Assembly (NCBI GenBank): GCA_964544295.1
Contig: CAZJBJ010000001.1
Coordinates: forward strand, 1-54,087
From: an uncultured Bifidobacteriaceae bacterium
GTDB taxonomy: Bacteria; Actinomycetota; Acidimicrobiia; IMCC26256; JAENVU01
DNA length: 54,087 nucleotides
Direction of reading: 5' to 3'
Each line of letters begins with the position of its first letter. Positions within the stretch are counted from its first letter, which is position 1. The translations under genes and the position numbers were made by a program. Of this stretch, positions 18,881 through 28,063 are shown one piece after another. The notes under the pieces are model-generated. The model saw nothing but the letters and a program-made list of their open reading frames with translations, was not told the origin of the DNA and did not search any database.

Positions 18881-20025
18881 CCTTCGATCCCTCCGGGAAC
18901 GGTGGCGCGCACGGGATCGATCCGCAGGACCCGGCGCGCGGCGGCGAGCGCGGCAAGCAGTGAGAGGCCGAGCACCAGGGCACCGGTCTGGAGGACGGCA
19001 CCGAGTTCGACCCGGGCCCCGAGGTTGTTGCCGGCGACGTTGAGGCTCAACCAGCCGAGCAGCGTGCCCACGGCCAGACCCGCGACCACGACGACCACGA
19101 CCTGGACGAGCAACGACCGCACCAATGAGCCCGCCCGGACCCCGATGGCGCGCAGCAAGGTGAGCGCCGGCGCTTTCTGCACGGTGAGGATGAGGAAAAA
19201 GAGCCCGGCGACCATCACCACGACGAAGAAGCACAGGAGCACGACGAGCCCGATCGACTCACTCACGTTCGCGACGCCGGGCGCCTGGGCGACCGCCTCG
19301 GCGCGGGTCAGCGCTTCCACCCCGTCGATCGTCTCATTGATGCGGGCGGCAACGGCCTCGGGCGTGGATCCGGGGGCCACGGTTGCCGCAACCGCCGACG
19401 GGATGACCTCGCGCACGCCAGGACTCGCATCGCGGCGGGCGGCTTCGTAGGTGGCGTACGTGGTGAACAGCGTGGGATTCACGGAATAGTTGATGTCACG
19501 CGCGATGCCGACGATGCGGATGGTCCGATCACCCTTCTCCAGCTGCACCGAGTTCCCGAGGGCGAAGCCCTTGTCGGCACTGCCGTCGCTCGCGACCGCT
19601 TCGAAATCGGCGCGCGGCAACCGGCCCTCGATCAACGTCGTCGGCTCACCGGGAAGACCGAGTTCGTATCCGAAGATCGTCGTGTCGTTGAGCGCGCCCC
19701 CCGACCGCACCGAGAAAGTGCCTTGACCGATCGGACCGGCCGCCTTCACCCCCTCGACCGCGCCCACCGCGTCGACCGTCGCCGGCGGCACGCGCGACCC
19801 CTCGAGGTTCTTGCGGGCATCGGACCCGTACACCAGCACCTGGCCGGATTGATGGTCGATCGCACCGATGAACTGGCGGATCAATGCGCCAGTGAGGGCC
19901 TGGACGAAGATGATCAGGAACACGAGCAGCCCGATCGCACCGGCGAGCAGCGCGAAGCGCGCCTTCGAACGCAGGATCTCACGCCGGGCCAGGAACACGA
20001 CCCCGAAGGTAGAGCGCTTCGACAC
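18877..20025 (-). CDS. ABC transporter permease, FtsX/MacB-type (paralogue 1)
   Basis: GTG 20025. Same topology as the downstream paralogue but clearly diverged in sequence. Confidence 0.85.
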   Translation of the reverse strand: MSKRSTFGVVFLARREILRSKARFALLAGAIGLLVFLIIFVQALTGALIRQFIGAIDHQSGQVLVYGSDARKNLEGSRVPPATVDAVGAVEGVKAAGPIGQGTFSVRSGGALNDTTIFGYELGLPGEPTTLIEGRLPRADFEAVASDGSADKGFALGNSVQLEKGDRTIRIVGIARDINYSVNPTLFTTYATYEAARRDASPGVREVIPSAVAATVAPGSTPEAVAARINETIDGVEALTRAEAVAQAPGVANVSESIGLVVLLCFFVVVMVAGLFFLILTVQKAPALTLLRAIGVRAGSLVRSLLVQVVVVVVAGLAVGTLLGWLSLNVAGNNLGARVELGAVLQTGALVLGLSLLAALAAARRVLRIDPVRATVPGGIEG

Positions 20026-20078
20026 CGGTCCCCCAACCAGCCGGCTCGTCGCGCGGAAATCGCGCGTAGGTTCGGGGC

Positions 20079-21656
20079 GTGAGCGACGACTCGATTTGGC
20101 AACCCGAACTCGACGAACTCGAACGCCGCCGGGCGCTGGCCGGCGAGATGGGTGGCACCGAGAAGGTCGATCGCCATCACGCGAACGGGAAGCTGACGGT
20201 GCGCGAACGCATCGATGCGTTGCTCGATCCGGAGTCGTTCCGCGAGGTCGGCATGCTCACGGGCCGCGCCACTCGCGACGATGACGGCAACCTGACCGGG
20301 GTCATGCCCGCGAACTTCGTGATGGGACGCGGCCGGATCGACCGGCGACCGGTCGTCGTCGGCGGGGACGACTTCACCGTCCGCGGCGGCGCGGCCGACG
20401 CGTCGATCTTCCAGAAGCAGGTGATGGCCGAGCGCATGGCCCACGACTTCGGGCTGCCGCTCGTCCGTCTGGTCGACGGGTCCGGCGGCGGTGGCAGCGT
20501 CAAGACGCTCGAGACCGAACGGCGCAGCTTCGTCCCGTTCAACCCCGGCTGGGAGTGGGTCGTCGCCAACCTCGGCCGCGTGCCGGTGGTGAGCCTCTGC
20601 CTCGGCAGCGTCGCCGGTCTCGGGGCCGCTCGGGTCGTGACCAGTCACTACTCGCTCATGGTGCAGGGGACGAGCCAGCTCTTCGTCGCCGGACCGCCCG
20701 TCGTGAACCGACTCGGCATCGAGGAAGTCGACAAGGAAACACTCGGTGGCAGCGGCATCCACACGCGCAACGGCGCCGTCGACGACGAGGTCGCGAGCGA
20801 GGTCGAAGCGTTCGCCCGCACGCGTGCGTTTCTCTCCTACCTGCCGAGCAGCGTGGAGGAACTTCCACCGCGCACCGAGCCGACCGACGATCCCGACCGC
20901 GCCGACGCGTCGCTCGCCGACGCGATCCCCCGCGAACGGCGACGGGTGTACCAGGCGCGGGCCATCATCGACGCGGTCGTGGATCGCGGCCAGGACGGCG
21001 AGTCGACGTTCTTCGAGATCGGACGGAGGTGGGGCCGATCGGCCGTGACCGGTCTCGCCCGGATCGACGGCTGGCCCGTGGCCGTGCTCGCGAACGACCC
21101 GTACCACTACGGCGGTGGCTGGACCGCCGACGCGAGCCGCAAGGTCGAACGGTTCGTGGACCTCGCCGAGACGTTCCGCCTCCCGGTGATCCACCTCGTG
21201 GACAACCCCGGGTTCGTCATCGGTACGCAGTCCGAGCAACAGGCCACGATCCGCCACGGCGCGCGGGCGCTCGCCGCGATCTACCAGGCGACGGTGCCGT
21301 GGTGTTCGGTGATCATCCGGAAGGTCTATGGCGTCGCCGGGGCCGCGCACCAGAACGCGAGTCGGCTCTCGTACCGGTTCGCGTGGCCGTCCGGCGAGTG
21401 GGGATCACTCCCCCTCGAAGGCGGGATCGAGGCCGCCTACAAGGCGCAGCTCGAAGCCGCCGACGATCCCGCCGCGTTGCGCGCCGAGATCGAGGCCCGG
21501 CTCGCGAAGTCGCGCGACCCGTTCAAGACCGCCGAGGTGTTCCTGGTCGAGGACATCGTCGACCCCCGCGAAACCCGGTCGCGCCTGTGCGAGTTCGCCA
21601 ACCTCGCCGCCCCCCGCCGCGCCCGCACCGGCCCAATCCACCTGCCGCGGCCGTAG
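20079..21656 (+). CDS. Acyl-CoA carboxylase carboxyltransferase (beta) subunit
   Basis: GKLTVRERIDALLD, GGDDFTVRGGA, VRLVDGSGGG, GWPVAVLANDP and LPVIHLVDNPGF. Confidence 0.92.
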   Translation: MSDDSIWQPELDELERRRALAGEMGGTEKVDRHHANGKLTVRERIDALLDPESFREVGMLTGRATRDDDGNLTGVMPANFVMGRGRIDRRPVVVGGDDFTVRGGAADASIFQKQVMAERMAHDFGLPLVRLVDGSGGGGSVKTLETERRSFVPFNPGWEWVVANLGRVPVVSLCLGSVAGLGAARVVTSHYSLMVQGTSQLFVAGPPVVNRLGIEEVDKETLGGSGIHTRNGAVDDEVASEVEAFARTRAFLSYLPSSVEELPPRTEPTDDPDRADASLADAIPRERRRVYQARAIIDAVVDRGQDGESTFFEIGRRWGRSAVTGLARIDGWPVAVLANDPYHYGGGWTADASRKVERFVDLAETFRLPVIHLVDNPGFVIGTQSEQQATIRHGARALAAIYQATVPWCSVIIRKVYGVAGAAHQNASRLSYRFAWPSGEWGSLPLEGGIEAAYKAQLEAADDPAALRAEIEARLAKSRDPFKTAEVFLVEDIVDPRETRSRLCEFANLAAPRRARTGPIHLPRP

Positions 21657-21789
21657 GCCGCGCTTCGGGACCCACCGGGTCGACAGGCCCCGATATCCGG
21701 GATGTCCGGTTTCGGGACCTGGGTCACAACTTCTCGGTGCGGGGCCCAGAAACCTGGCAATTCCGGGTTCCGTCCGTAGACTTTCCCCC

Positions 21790-22527
21790 GTGACCTCCTC
21801 CCTCGACACCGCCGCGAACGCCCGACCGGCCGACGGCTGGTGGCCGAACCAGGACCACTGGTCCGTCGCCATCCCCCGCGAAACCCCCCATCCCCGCCCG
21901 GCGGCGATGGCCGAACGCGGCGTCGTGGCCCTGACCGACGCGCCGTTCACCGTGCCCGAGGCCGAGTTCGTCGACCTCGAATACATGGACTGGAAGAGCG
22001 GCGGCGACACGAACTTCGCGCCGATCGCCACCGCCGACGGCAAGCTCGACTGCCGCGGATTCTGGAACGACGGCGATGAGCGTCCCGACAAAGACGCCCG
22101 CTTCACCAGCAACGCTCTGCGCTGCCCGACCATCGCGACCTACGTCGAGAGCGTCGGTGCGAACTTCGGCCGGGTTCGGATCATCAAACTCGAACCGCAG
22201 GGCTACGACACCGCGATCCGTTCGTTCCACCGCGACGACAACAACCGCTTCAACCCACCGGCCGACGGCTGGGTGGTGCGGTCCTGGCTCGAACTCACCG
22301 ACAACCCCGACTCGTACATGCTCCTCATGGAGAGTGGGACCGACGGGTTGCCCGACCCCACCACCGAGATCCGCGTGCCGCTCCACCGCGGCGCCCGCTT
22401 CGTCGTCGACACGCAACGCCTCTGGCACGTGGTGGTCCACAACGGCACCGAGCCGCGCTACGCGCTGATCACGAGCTTCGAGAGCGGTCCCGTGCTCGAC
22501 CGCTGGATCGAGTCACAACTCCCCTGA
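21790..22527 (+). CDS. Cupin-type oxygenase resembling aspartyl/asparaginyl beta-hydroxylase (tentative)
   Basis: GTG 21790 (ATG 21907 alternative) lies inside track ORF 21328..22527. The pattern is FHRDD .. RSWLEL .. LWHVVVHNGTEPRYALITSF (HxD..H). Confidence 0.5.
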   Translation: MTSSLDTAANARPADGWWPNQDHWSVAIPRETPHPRPAAMAERGVVALTDAPFTVPEAEFVDLEYMDWKSGGDTNFAPIATADGKLDCRGFWNDGDERPDKDARFTSNALRCPTIATYVESVGANFGRVRIIKLEPQGYDTAIRSFHRDDNNRFNPPADGWVVRSWLELTDNPDSYMLLMESGTDGLPDPTTEIRVPLHRGARFVVDTQRLWHVVVHNGTEPRYALITSFESGPVLDRWIESQLP

Positions 22528-22611
22528 CACCGCGTGACCGACCGACCCGCCGCGCCGACCCGTCGGAACGGTCGATGACATCCGGGTGAACGGTCGGTAG
22601 CCTCGCCGGCC

Positions 22612-23931
22612 ATGGCACCGATCGATCGTCGTCAGTTCCTCACCTTGAGCGCGACGGCGGCCGTCGCGGCCGCCCTCGCCGCGTGTTCGAGCGACGCGAA
22701 ACCCGGTCGCGCGTCGTCATCGAGCACCCGGCCACGACCGGCGAACGGCCTCGGCGACCCGAAAGACGCGCCGTTCGAGCACGTCGTGGTCCTCATGATG
22801 GAGAACCGTTCGTTCGACCACATGCTCGGCTGGTTGCCGGGCGCGGACGGGAAGCAGGCCGGGCTCGAGTTCCCCGACCTCACCGGCGCGACGCACCCGA
22901 CGTGGGACCTCGGCACCGACTACCAGGGCTGCCAGTACATGGACCCACAACACCAGTGGCCGGCCGGGCAGACCCAGTACAACAACGGCAAGGGCGACGG
23001 GTTCCTCTTCACCCAGGTCGAGGACGGCCAGCAGACGCCGGTCGACCTCTGGCCGATCAGTTACTTCGGTCCGGACGCCGTGCCCGTCCTCGGCGGCCTG
23101 GCCCAGCAGTACACGACCCTCGACCACTACTTCGCCGCACTCAACGCGGGCACGTGGCCGAACCGCATCTACCAGGTCGCCGCGACCACCGACATCAACT
23201 TCACCGGGCTCTTCCTGCCCGACGGCACCGCTGCACCCCAGTCGAAGATCGAGACGACGATCTGGGACCGCATCAAGGACGCCGGGCTGACGGGCGGGTA
23301 CTACTCGTACGGTGAGCCGATGACCAAGGTGTTCGCGTCGGGCAAGTACGACGACATCTCCTTCGGCGTCGACGCGTTCTTCGACGCGGCCGCGAAGGGA
23401 ACCCTGCCGAACCTCACGCTCGTCGAACCCGATTACACGTCCGCCGCCGAGGAGGCCGGCACGTCGAGCGACGATCACCCGTACGGTTCGATCCAGGTGG
23501 GTGAGGGCTACATCAAGCGGGTCTACGACGCGATCGCGTCGAGCCCGCAGTGGGACAAGACGGTGCTCGTCGTGAACTTCGACGAGTGGGGCGGCTTCTA
23601 CGACCATGTCGTCCCGCCGCAGGTGGAGGACGACACGGTCGGCCCGCCGCCCGGACCGAACCCGGACTACAAGCAGCTCGGCTTCCGGGTGCCCTGCATC
23701 GTGATCTCGCCGTGGTCACCCAAGACGGTCGTGTCGGCCGGGCCCTACGAGCACTGCTCGATTCTGCGGATGATCGAGTGGCGCTGGGGCCTCGAACCGC
23801 TGACCCTCCGCGACAAGCAGGCGAAGAACCTCGCCGAGGTGCTCGACTTCTCCCTGTCGCGCGCTCCCGCGAAGTTGCCGGCGTTCACCGCGCCCGCACC
23901 GGTCGCCTGCGCCACCACCGGAACCGAGTAG
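22612..23931 (+). CDS. Tat-exported lipoprotein phosphoesterase (phospholipase C / AcpA family)
   Basis: Twin-arginine signal plus lipobox (DRRQFLTLSATAAVAAALAAC). Family blocks HVVVLMMENRSFDHMLGW, NFDEWGGFYDHV and GFRVPCIVISPW. Confidence 0.88.
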   Translation: MAPIDRRQFLTLSATAAVAAALAACSSDAKPGRASSSSTRPRPANGLGDPKDAPFEHVVVLMMENRSFDHMLGWLPGADGKQAGLEFPDLTGATHPTWDLGTDYQGCQYMDPQHQWPAGQTQYNNGKGDGFLFTQVEDGQQTPVDLWPISYFGPDAVPVLGGLAQQYTTLDHYFAALNAGTWPNRIYQVAATTDINFTGLFLPDGTAAPQSKIETTIWDRIKDAGLTGGYYSYGEPMTKVFASGKYDDISFGVDAFFDAAAKGTLPNLTLVEPDYTSAAEEAGTSSDDHPYGSIQVGEGYIKRVYDAIASSPQWDKTVLVVNFDEWGGFYDHVVPPQVEDDTVGPPPGPNPDYKQLGFRVPCIVISPWSPKTVVSAGPYEHCSILRMIEWRWGLEPLTLRDKQAKNLAEVLDFSLSRAPAKLPAFTAPAPVACATTGTE

Positions 23932-23987
23932 CCCGGCCGCTTTGACCCGGCCGCTTTGACCCGGCCGCTTTGACCCGGCCGCTTTGA
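23932..23987. repeat. 14-bp tandem repeat, 4 perfect copies
   Basis: CCCGGCCGCTTTGA x4 head-to-tail, starting at the first base after the TAG of the preceding gene. A degenerate partial copy follows. It ends 24 nt before the next start. Confidence 0.9.
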
Positions 23988-24011
23988 CCCGCCCGGTCCC
24001 GGCCGAGTCGA

Positions 24012-25169
24012 ATGCGGGCCATGCGCTTCGGAACCTTCATGGCCCCGTTCCACCCCGTCGGTCAGAACCCGACGCTCGCGATCGAACGCGACCTCGACAC
24101 GATCGTGCACCTCGATCAGCTGGGGTTCGCCGAGGCCTGGGTCGGTGAGCACCACTCGGCCGGGTACGAGATCATCGCGTCGCCCGAGGTGTTCCTCGCC
24201 GTCGCCGCCGAGCGCACGAAGCACATCAAGCTCGGCACCGGGGTCAGCTCTCTCCCCTACCACCACCCCCTGATGCTCGCGGACCGGATGGTCCTGCTCG
24301 ACCACCTCACGCGCGGGCGCATCATGCTCGGCGTCGGCCCCGGCCAGCTCACCTCCGACGCGGGGATGATGGGCATCCCGTCGGACCAGCAGCGCCCCCG
24401 CATGGAGGAGGCGCTCGATGTGATGATGCGCCTGCTCCGGGGCGAGACGGTCACCTACGAGTGCGAGTGGTTCACCGTGCACGAGGCTCGCCTCCAGATG
24501 CGGCCGTACAGCGACCCGTGCTTCGACATCGCGGTCGCCGCGTCCTTCTCCCCGACGGGTGCGCGCGCGGCCGGCAGGCACGGCATCGGGATGCTGTCGG
24601 TCGCGGCCACCGCGAAGCAAGGGATGGACCTGCTCGCGCACCATTGGGACATGTGGGAGGAGCTCGGCCGCGAGAGCGGGCACGAAGCCGATCGTTCCAA
24701 ATGGCGGCTGGTCGGGCCCATGCATCTGGCCGAGACCCGGGAGCAGGCCGAACGCGACGTCGGGTACGCGATCGCACCGTTCTCGAAGTACTTCACCCAT
24801 GTCCTGCCCGGTGGCCCGGTCACGGGCGACACGCCCGCCGAGATCATCGAGAACAACAAAGCCAGCGGCTTCGCGGTGATCGGCACGCCCGAGGACGCCA
24901 TCGCGAAGATCCAGGAGCTCGTCGACTCCTCCAACGGCGGCTTCGGCGCGTTCCTCCTGTTCGACCACAACTGGGTGCGCCCCGACGCCAAGCGTCGCTC
25001 ATACGAGCTGTTCGCGCAGTACGTGATGCCCCACTTCACCGGACAGTTGGCCCCGGTGCAGGCGTCACACGACTGGGTGACGGGCAGCGGCGGCGTCTTC
25101 GTCGACCGCGCCGCGACTGCGATCGCGAAAGCGATCGAGGACCACGCCGCCGAACGTGCCGGACACTGA
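24012..25169 (+). CDS. Luciferase-like (LLM class) flavin-dependent monooxygenase
   Basis: FGTFMAPFH, GFAEAWVGEHH, LGTGVSSLPYHHP and GRIMLGVGPG. ATG 24021 is an alternative start. Confidence 0.88.
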   Translation: MRAMRFGTFMAPFHPVGQNPTLAIERDLDTIVHLDQLGFAEAWVGEHHSAGYEIIASPEVFLAVAAERTKHIKLGTGVSSLPYHHPLMLADRMVLLDHLTRGRIMLGVGPGQLTSDAGMMGIPSDQQRPRMEEALDVMMRLLRGETVTYECEWFTVHEARLQMRPYSDPCFDIAVAASFSPTGARAAGRHGIGMLSVAATAKQGMDLLAHHWDMWEELGRESGHEADRSKWRLVGPMHLAETREQAERDVGYAIAPFSKYFTHVLPGGPVTGDTPAEIIENNKASGFAVIGTPEDAIAKIQELVDSSNGGFGAFLLFDHNWVRPDAKRRSYELFAQYVMPHFTGQLAPVQASHDWVTGSGGVFVDRAATAIAKAIEDHAAERAGH

Positions 25170-26043
25170 TCCGACCATGACGCGGGCGCAGAGCTCGTTC
25201 CGCGCGCCGTCCGGGCTCGACCTCGCCATTCACGAGTGGGGCGGTGCCGGCGCGCCGGTCCTGCTCGCCCACCCCACCGGGTTCCACGGGGTCGTGTGGC
25301 AACCGGTCGCCGAACGGCTCGTCGCCGCCGGACGGCAGGTCTGGTCGTTCGACTTCCGCGGCCAGGGGGATTCGGGCCCGTCCCCCGACGCCACGTATTC
25401 GTGGAGCGAGTTCGCCGACGATGCCGACGCCGTGCTCGACCACCTCGGCCTCCGCGCGCACCCCGAACTCCTCGCGGCCGGACACTCGAAAGGCGGCGCC
25501 GCACTGTTCATGGTCGCGATGCGCGACCCTGCCGCACTCCGCCGCATCTGGACCTTCGAGCCCATCGTGTTCCCGGTCGAGGAGGTGCTCCCCGCCGACC
25601 CCGACAATCCGATGTCGAACGCGGCCCGGAAACGTCGAGCGGTCTGGACCTCACGCGCCGACGCGATCACGTCGTACGGCTCTCGACCGCCGATGAACTC
25701 CCTGCACCCGGATTCGCTGCGCGCCTACGTCGAGTACGGCTTCCGCGACCGGCCCGACGGTCGGGTCGAGCTCAAGTGCCGACCCGAGCACGAAGCGAAC
25801 ATCTACATGATGGGCGCCGCCAACGGTCTGTTCGCCCGGTTGGGCGAGGTCGCCCCGCCCACCCTCGTCGCCTGCGGTGGTGACAGCCGCTCGATCACGC
25901 CGGGGTTCGCGGCCCGCATCGTCGATCGACTGCCGCACGCGACCCTCGAAGTCTGGGACGGCCACGGCCATTTCGGCCCGCTTGACGACCCGGACCGTGC
26001 AGTCGCCTCGATGCTGGCCTTCGATGCCAGACTTCCGGGATGA
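25156..26043 (+). CDS. Alpha/beta hydrolase
   Basis: LLAHPTGFHG, nucleophile elbow AGHSKGG and C-terminal GHFGP. GTG 25156 overlaps the previous gene by 14 nt; ATG 25177 is an alternative. Confidence 0.85.
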   Translation: MPDTDPTMTRAQSSFRAPSGLDLAIHEWGGAGAPVLLAHPTGFHGVVWQPVAERLVAAGRQVWSFDFRGQGDSGPSPDATYSWSEFADDADAVLDHLGLRAHPELLAAGHSKGGAALFMVAMRDPAALRRIWTFEPIVFPVEEVLPADPDNPMSNAARKRRAVWTSRADAITSYGSRPPMNSLHPDSLRAYVEYGFRDRPDGRVELKCRPEHEANIYMMGAANGLFARLGEVAPPTLVACGGDSRSITPGFAARIVDRLPHATLEVWDGHGHFGPLDDPDRAVASMLAFDARLPG

Positions 26044-26091
26044 CACACTGGCACTGATCAAAGAGCCCAAGGCGGCACGAGATAGGGCAGT

Positions 26092-26772
26092 ATGAAAAGG
26101 ATCTCCGCGCGCAACAGAGGACGAGCGAGACAACGCCTTGTTCCATACGTGCTGATCGTGGCCGTGATGGGTTGTGGTGCGTCCAACGACGGTGGAGTCT
26201 TGACGCCACCTCAACAACTCGACGGGGCAGCGAACGCCACTGCGAGGGAAGCAACTGATCCCGTCGTTTCCCACGTCGAGTGGTCGACGATCTTCGCTGA
26301 TATTGATGACATCAAATCGTCCGCTGATCTCGTTGTTCATGCTCGCGTCATGGCCGTCGAGGAAGACGGCCGAGTGGGTGGAACCTCCGGCAAGGACGCC
26401 GCCATACAGTTCCGTGAACTCACCGCTGAGGTCAAAGGACGACTGTTCGGCAACGCAGGCGAAACCATCCGGATACTGCAGGAGGGTTACAGCCTGTTCC
26501 CAGCCGGTTCTGTCCCCGAGGATCAGGCAACTCGATTCCCCTATTCGCCTGACGGGATGCGCTGGGCGCAACCCGGTGACGAGCTCGTTGTTGTCTTGAA
26601 GCGGGTGCAGACGACCGCTGGTGAGGCCTACACGATCGTCAATAGTCAGAGCTTGTTCTTCGTTGAAGATGGCGTCTTGGCTTCTTCCGGAGAAGTCAGA
26701 GACGACAGAGTCATCGATCAGATCGCTGGCGGTACCGTTGAGGACGTGACCGACCTCTTGTCATCCCAGTAG
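26092..26772 (+). CDS. Hypothetical lipoprotein encoded by a low-GC ORF
   Basis: Basic n-region, hydrophobic core and a lipobox-like VMGC. Many A/T-ending codons, unlike all neighbours. No family recognised. Confidence 0.6.
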   Translation: MKRISARNRGRARQRLVPYVLIVAVMGCGASNDGGVLTPPQQLDGAANATAREATDPVVSHVEWSTIFADIDDIKSSADLVVHARVMAVEEDGRVGGTSGKDAAIQFRELTAEVKGRLFGNAGETIRILQEGYSLFPAGSVPEDQATRFPYSPDGMRWAQPGDELVVVLKRVQTTAGEAYTIVNSQSLFFVEDGVLASSGEVRDDRVIDQIAGGTVEDVTDLLSSQ

Positions 26773-26895
26773 AACAGATGCGCTCCGACCAGACCTCTTG
26801 GGATTGGATCCTCCTCGCCGGACCGGTCGCTTCGGTGATCGCATCGTGAACCGCGGACGCGCCGTGAGTTCATCACACCGATATGGAGCGACCAG

Positions 26896-27954
26896 ATGAC
26901 CACCATCGAGGACATCACCGCCGACTACCTCAGCCGCGTGTTGGGGCAGGAGATCGTCGCCGTCGCCGCCGAACCGGTCGGGCTCGGCGTCGGCCTCATC
27001 GGCCAGCTGTACCGCGTCGTGCCGACGTACGCCGCCGGCGCGACCGGCCCCGCGGCGCTCATCGCGAAGCTGCCGGGCGCCACCGAGGAGTCCCGCTTCG
27101 TCGCGATGGTCCTGAACATGTACCAGAAGGAATGTGGCTTCTACCGCGAGTTGGCGGAGACGAGCGGCGGCATGTCGCCACCGGCGCATCACGTGGAGTT
27201 CGAACCCGAGAGCCATGACTTCGTGCTCCTGCTCGACGACCTCGGTCACCATCGCCAGGCCGACCAGATCACCGGCATCGAACTCGCCGACGCCGAGGTC
27301 GCGGTGCGCGGGCTCGCCCGTCTGAACGCGACGTGGTGGGAGCACCCGGATCTGCTCGCCAGCCCGTTCCTGCGGCCGCTCAACGAGTCCCCGTTCCCGG
27401 AAGCGGTCTCGATGAGCTACGACGCGGCCTGGCCGATCGCGTTGGAGACCTACGGCTCGATGATGTCCGACGACATCAAGGAGTTCGGGGCCCGCTACTC
27501 CGGCCGGTTCCGCTGGTTCTGCGATCGGCTGTGCGAATCGCCGGTCACGCTCACGCACGGGGACTGGCGCGGCGACAACCTGTTCTTCACCGGTGACGCG
27601 GAGCTCCCCCTCCTCGCGGTCGACTGGCAGCTGATCTCGGTCGCGAAGGGCATCAAGGACTTCACCTACTTCGTGGCCCAGAGCCTCCGGCCGGCAGACC
27701 GCTCCGCCCACGAGGAGGGGCTGCTCCGCATTTGGCTCGACGAGCTGAAGGCCAACGGCGTCGGCGGGTACGAGTTCGACCAGGCCTGGGAGGACTACCG
27801 CCTGAGCGTGGCGTGGGCGTTCGTCTACCCGGTGATCGCAACCTCGACCCTCGACGCCGCCGACGCCCGCGGCGTCGAACTCACCCGCTCGATGATGGAA
27901 CGCTCCATCGCCGCCATCGAAGGCGTGGACGCGCTCGCGGTCATCCCGGACTGA
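26896..27954 (+). CDS. EcKL/CHK-type small-molecule kinase (APH fold)
   Basis: Catalytic loop LTHGDWRGDNLFF, AVDWQL and ALIAKLP. Confidence 0.85.
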   Translation: MTTIEDITADYLSRVLGQEIVAVAAEPVGLGVGLIGQLYRVVPTYAAGATGPAALIAKLPGATEESRFVAMVLNMYQKECGFYRELAETSGGMSPPAHHVEFEPESHDFVLLLDDLGHHRQADQITGIELADAEVAVRGLARLNATWWEHPDLLASPFLRPLNESPFPEAVSMSYDAAWPIALETYGSMMSDDIKEFGARYSGRFRWFCDRLCESPVTLTHGDWRGDNLFFTGDAELPLLAVDWQLISVAKGIKDFTYFVAQSLRPADRSAHEEGLLRIWLDELKANGVGGYEFDQAWEDYRLSVAWAFVYPVIATSTLDAADARGVELTRSMMERSIAAIEGVDALAVIPD

Positions 27955-28025
27955 GCCCTCCACCACCCGAGCCGACGGGCAGAAATATTTGGCGCTCGGT
28001 CATCCGCGCGAGCGCCGAGACCGAA

Positions 28026-28053
28026 CCAGTCCCGTCACACTCAACGGGACTGG
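28026..28053 (+). promoter_or_regulatory. 5-prime leader hairpin overlapping the Shine-Dalgarno of the DUF4331 gene
   Basis: CCAGTCCCGT-CACACTCA-ACGGGACTGG forms a 10-bp stem. Its 3-prime arm runs into the GGGAGG located 7 nt upstream of ATG 28064. Confidence 0.35.
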
Positions 28054-28063
28054 GAGGTTCCTC

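Noticed and set aside
19914-21350. 478-aa minus-strand ORF, and similar long ORFs (657..1670, 2546..3697, 9373..11262 upstream part, 28214..29362, 29070..30563, 43190..45229)
   Set aside because: All lie opposite to, or out of frame with, genes carrying clear family signatures. They have Arg/Gly/Pro-dominated composition and lack RBS or motif support.
21657-21789. Short ORF after the carboxyltransferase gene, considered as an epsilon (AccE-like) subunit
   Set aside because: Only a ~25-codon frame with poor codon bias and no RBS is available. Not supportable.
21895-21965. Apparent 1-nt frame inconsistencies between my base-by-base reading and the ORF track (also near 2281-2450)
   Set aside because: Plus- and minus-strand track ORFs agree with each other, so this is most likely my own counting error in homopolymer runs, not a frameshift or pseudogene. 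CDS coordinates follow the track.
23932-23987. Possible CRISPR array
   Set aside because: The 14-bp units are directly abutting with no spacers, and no cas genes are present. It is a simple tandem repeat.
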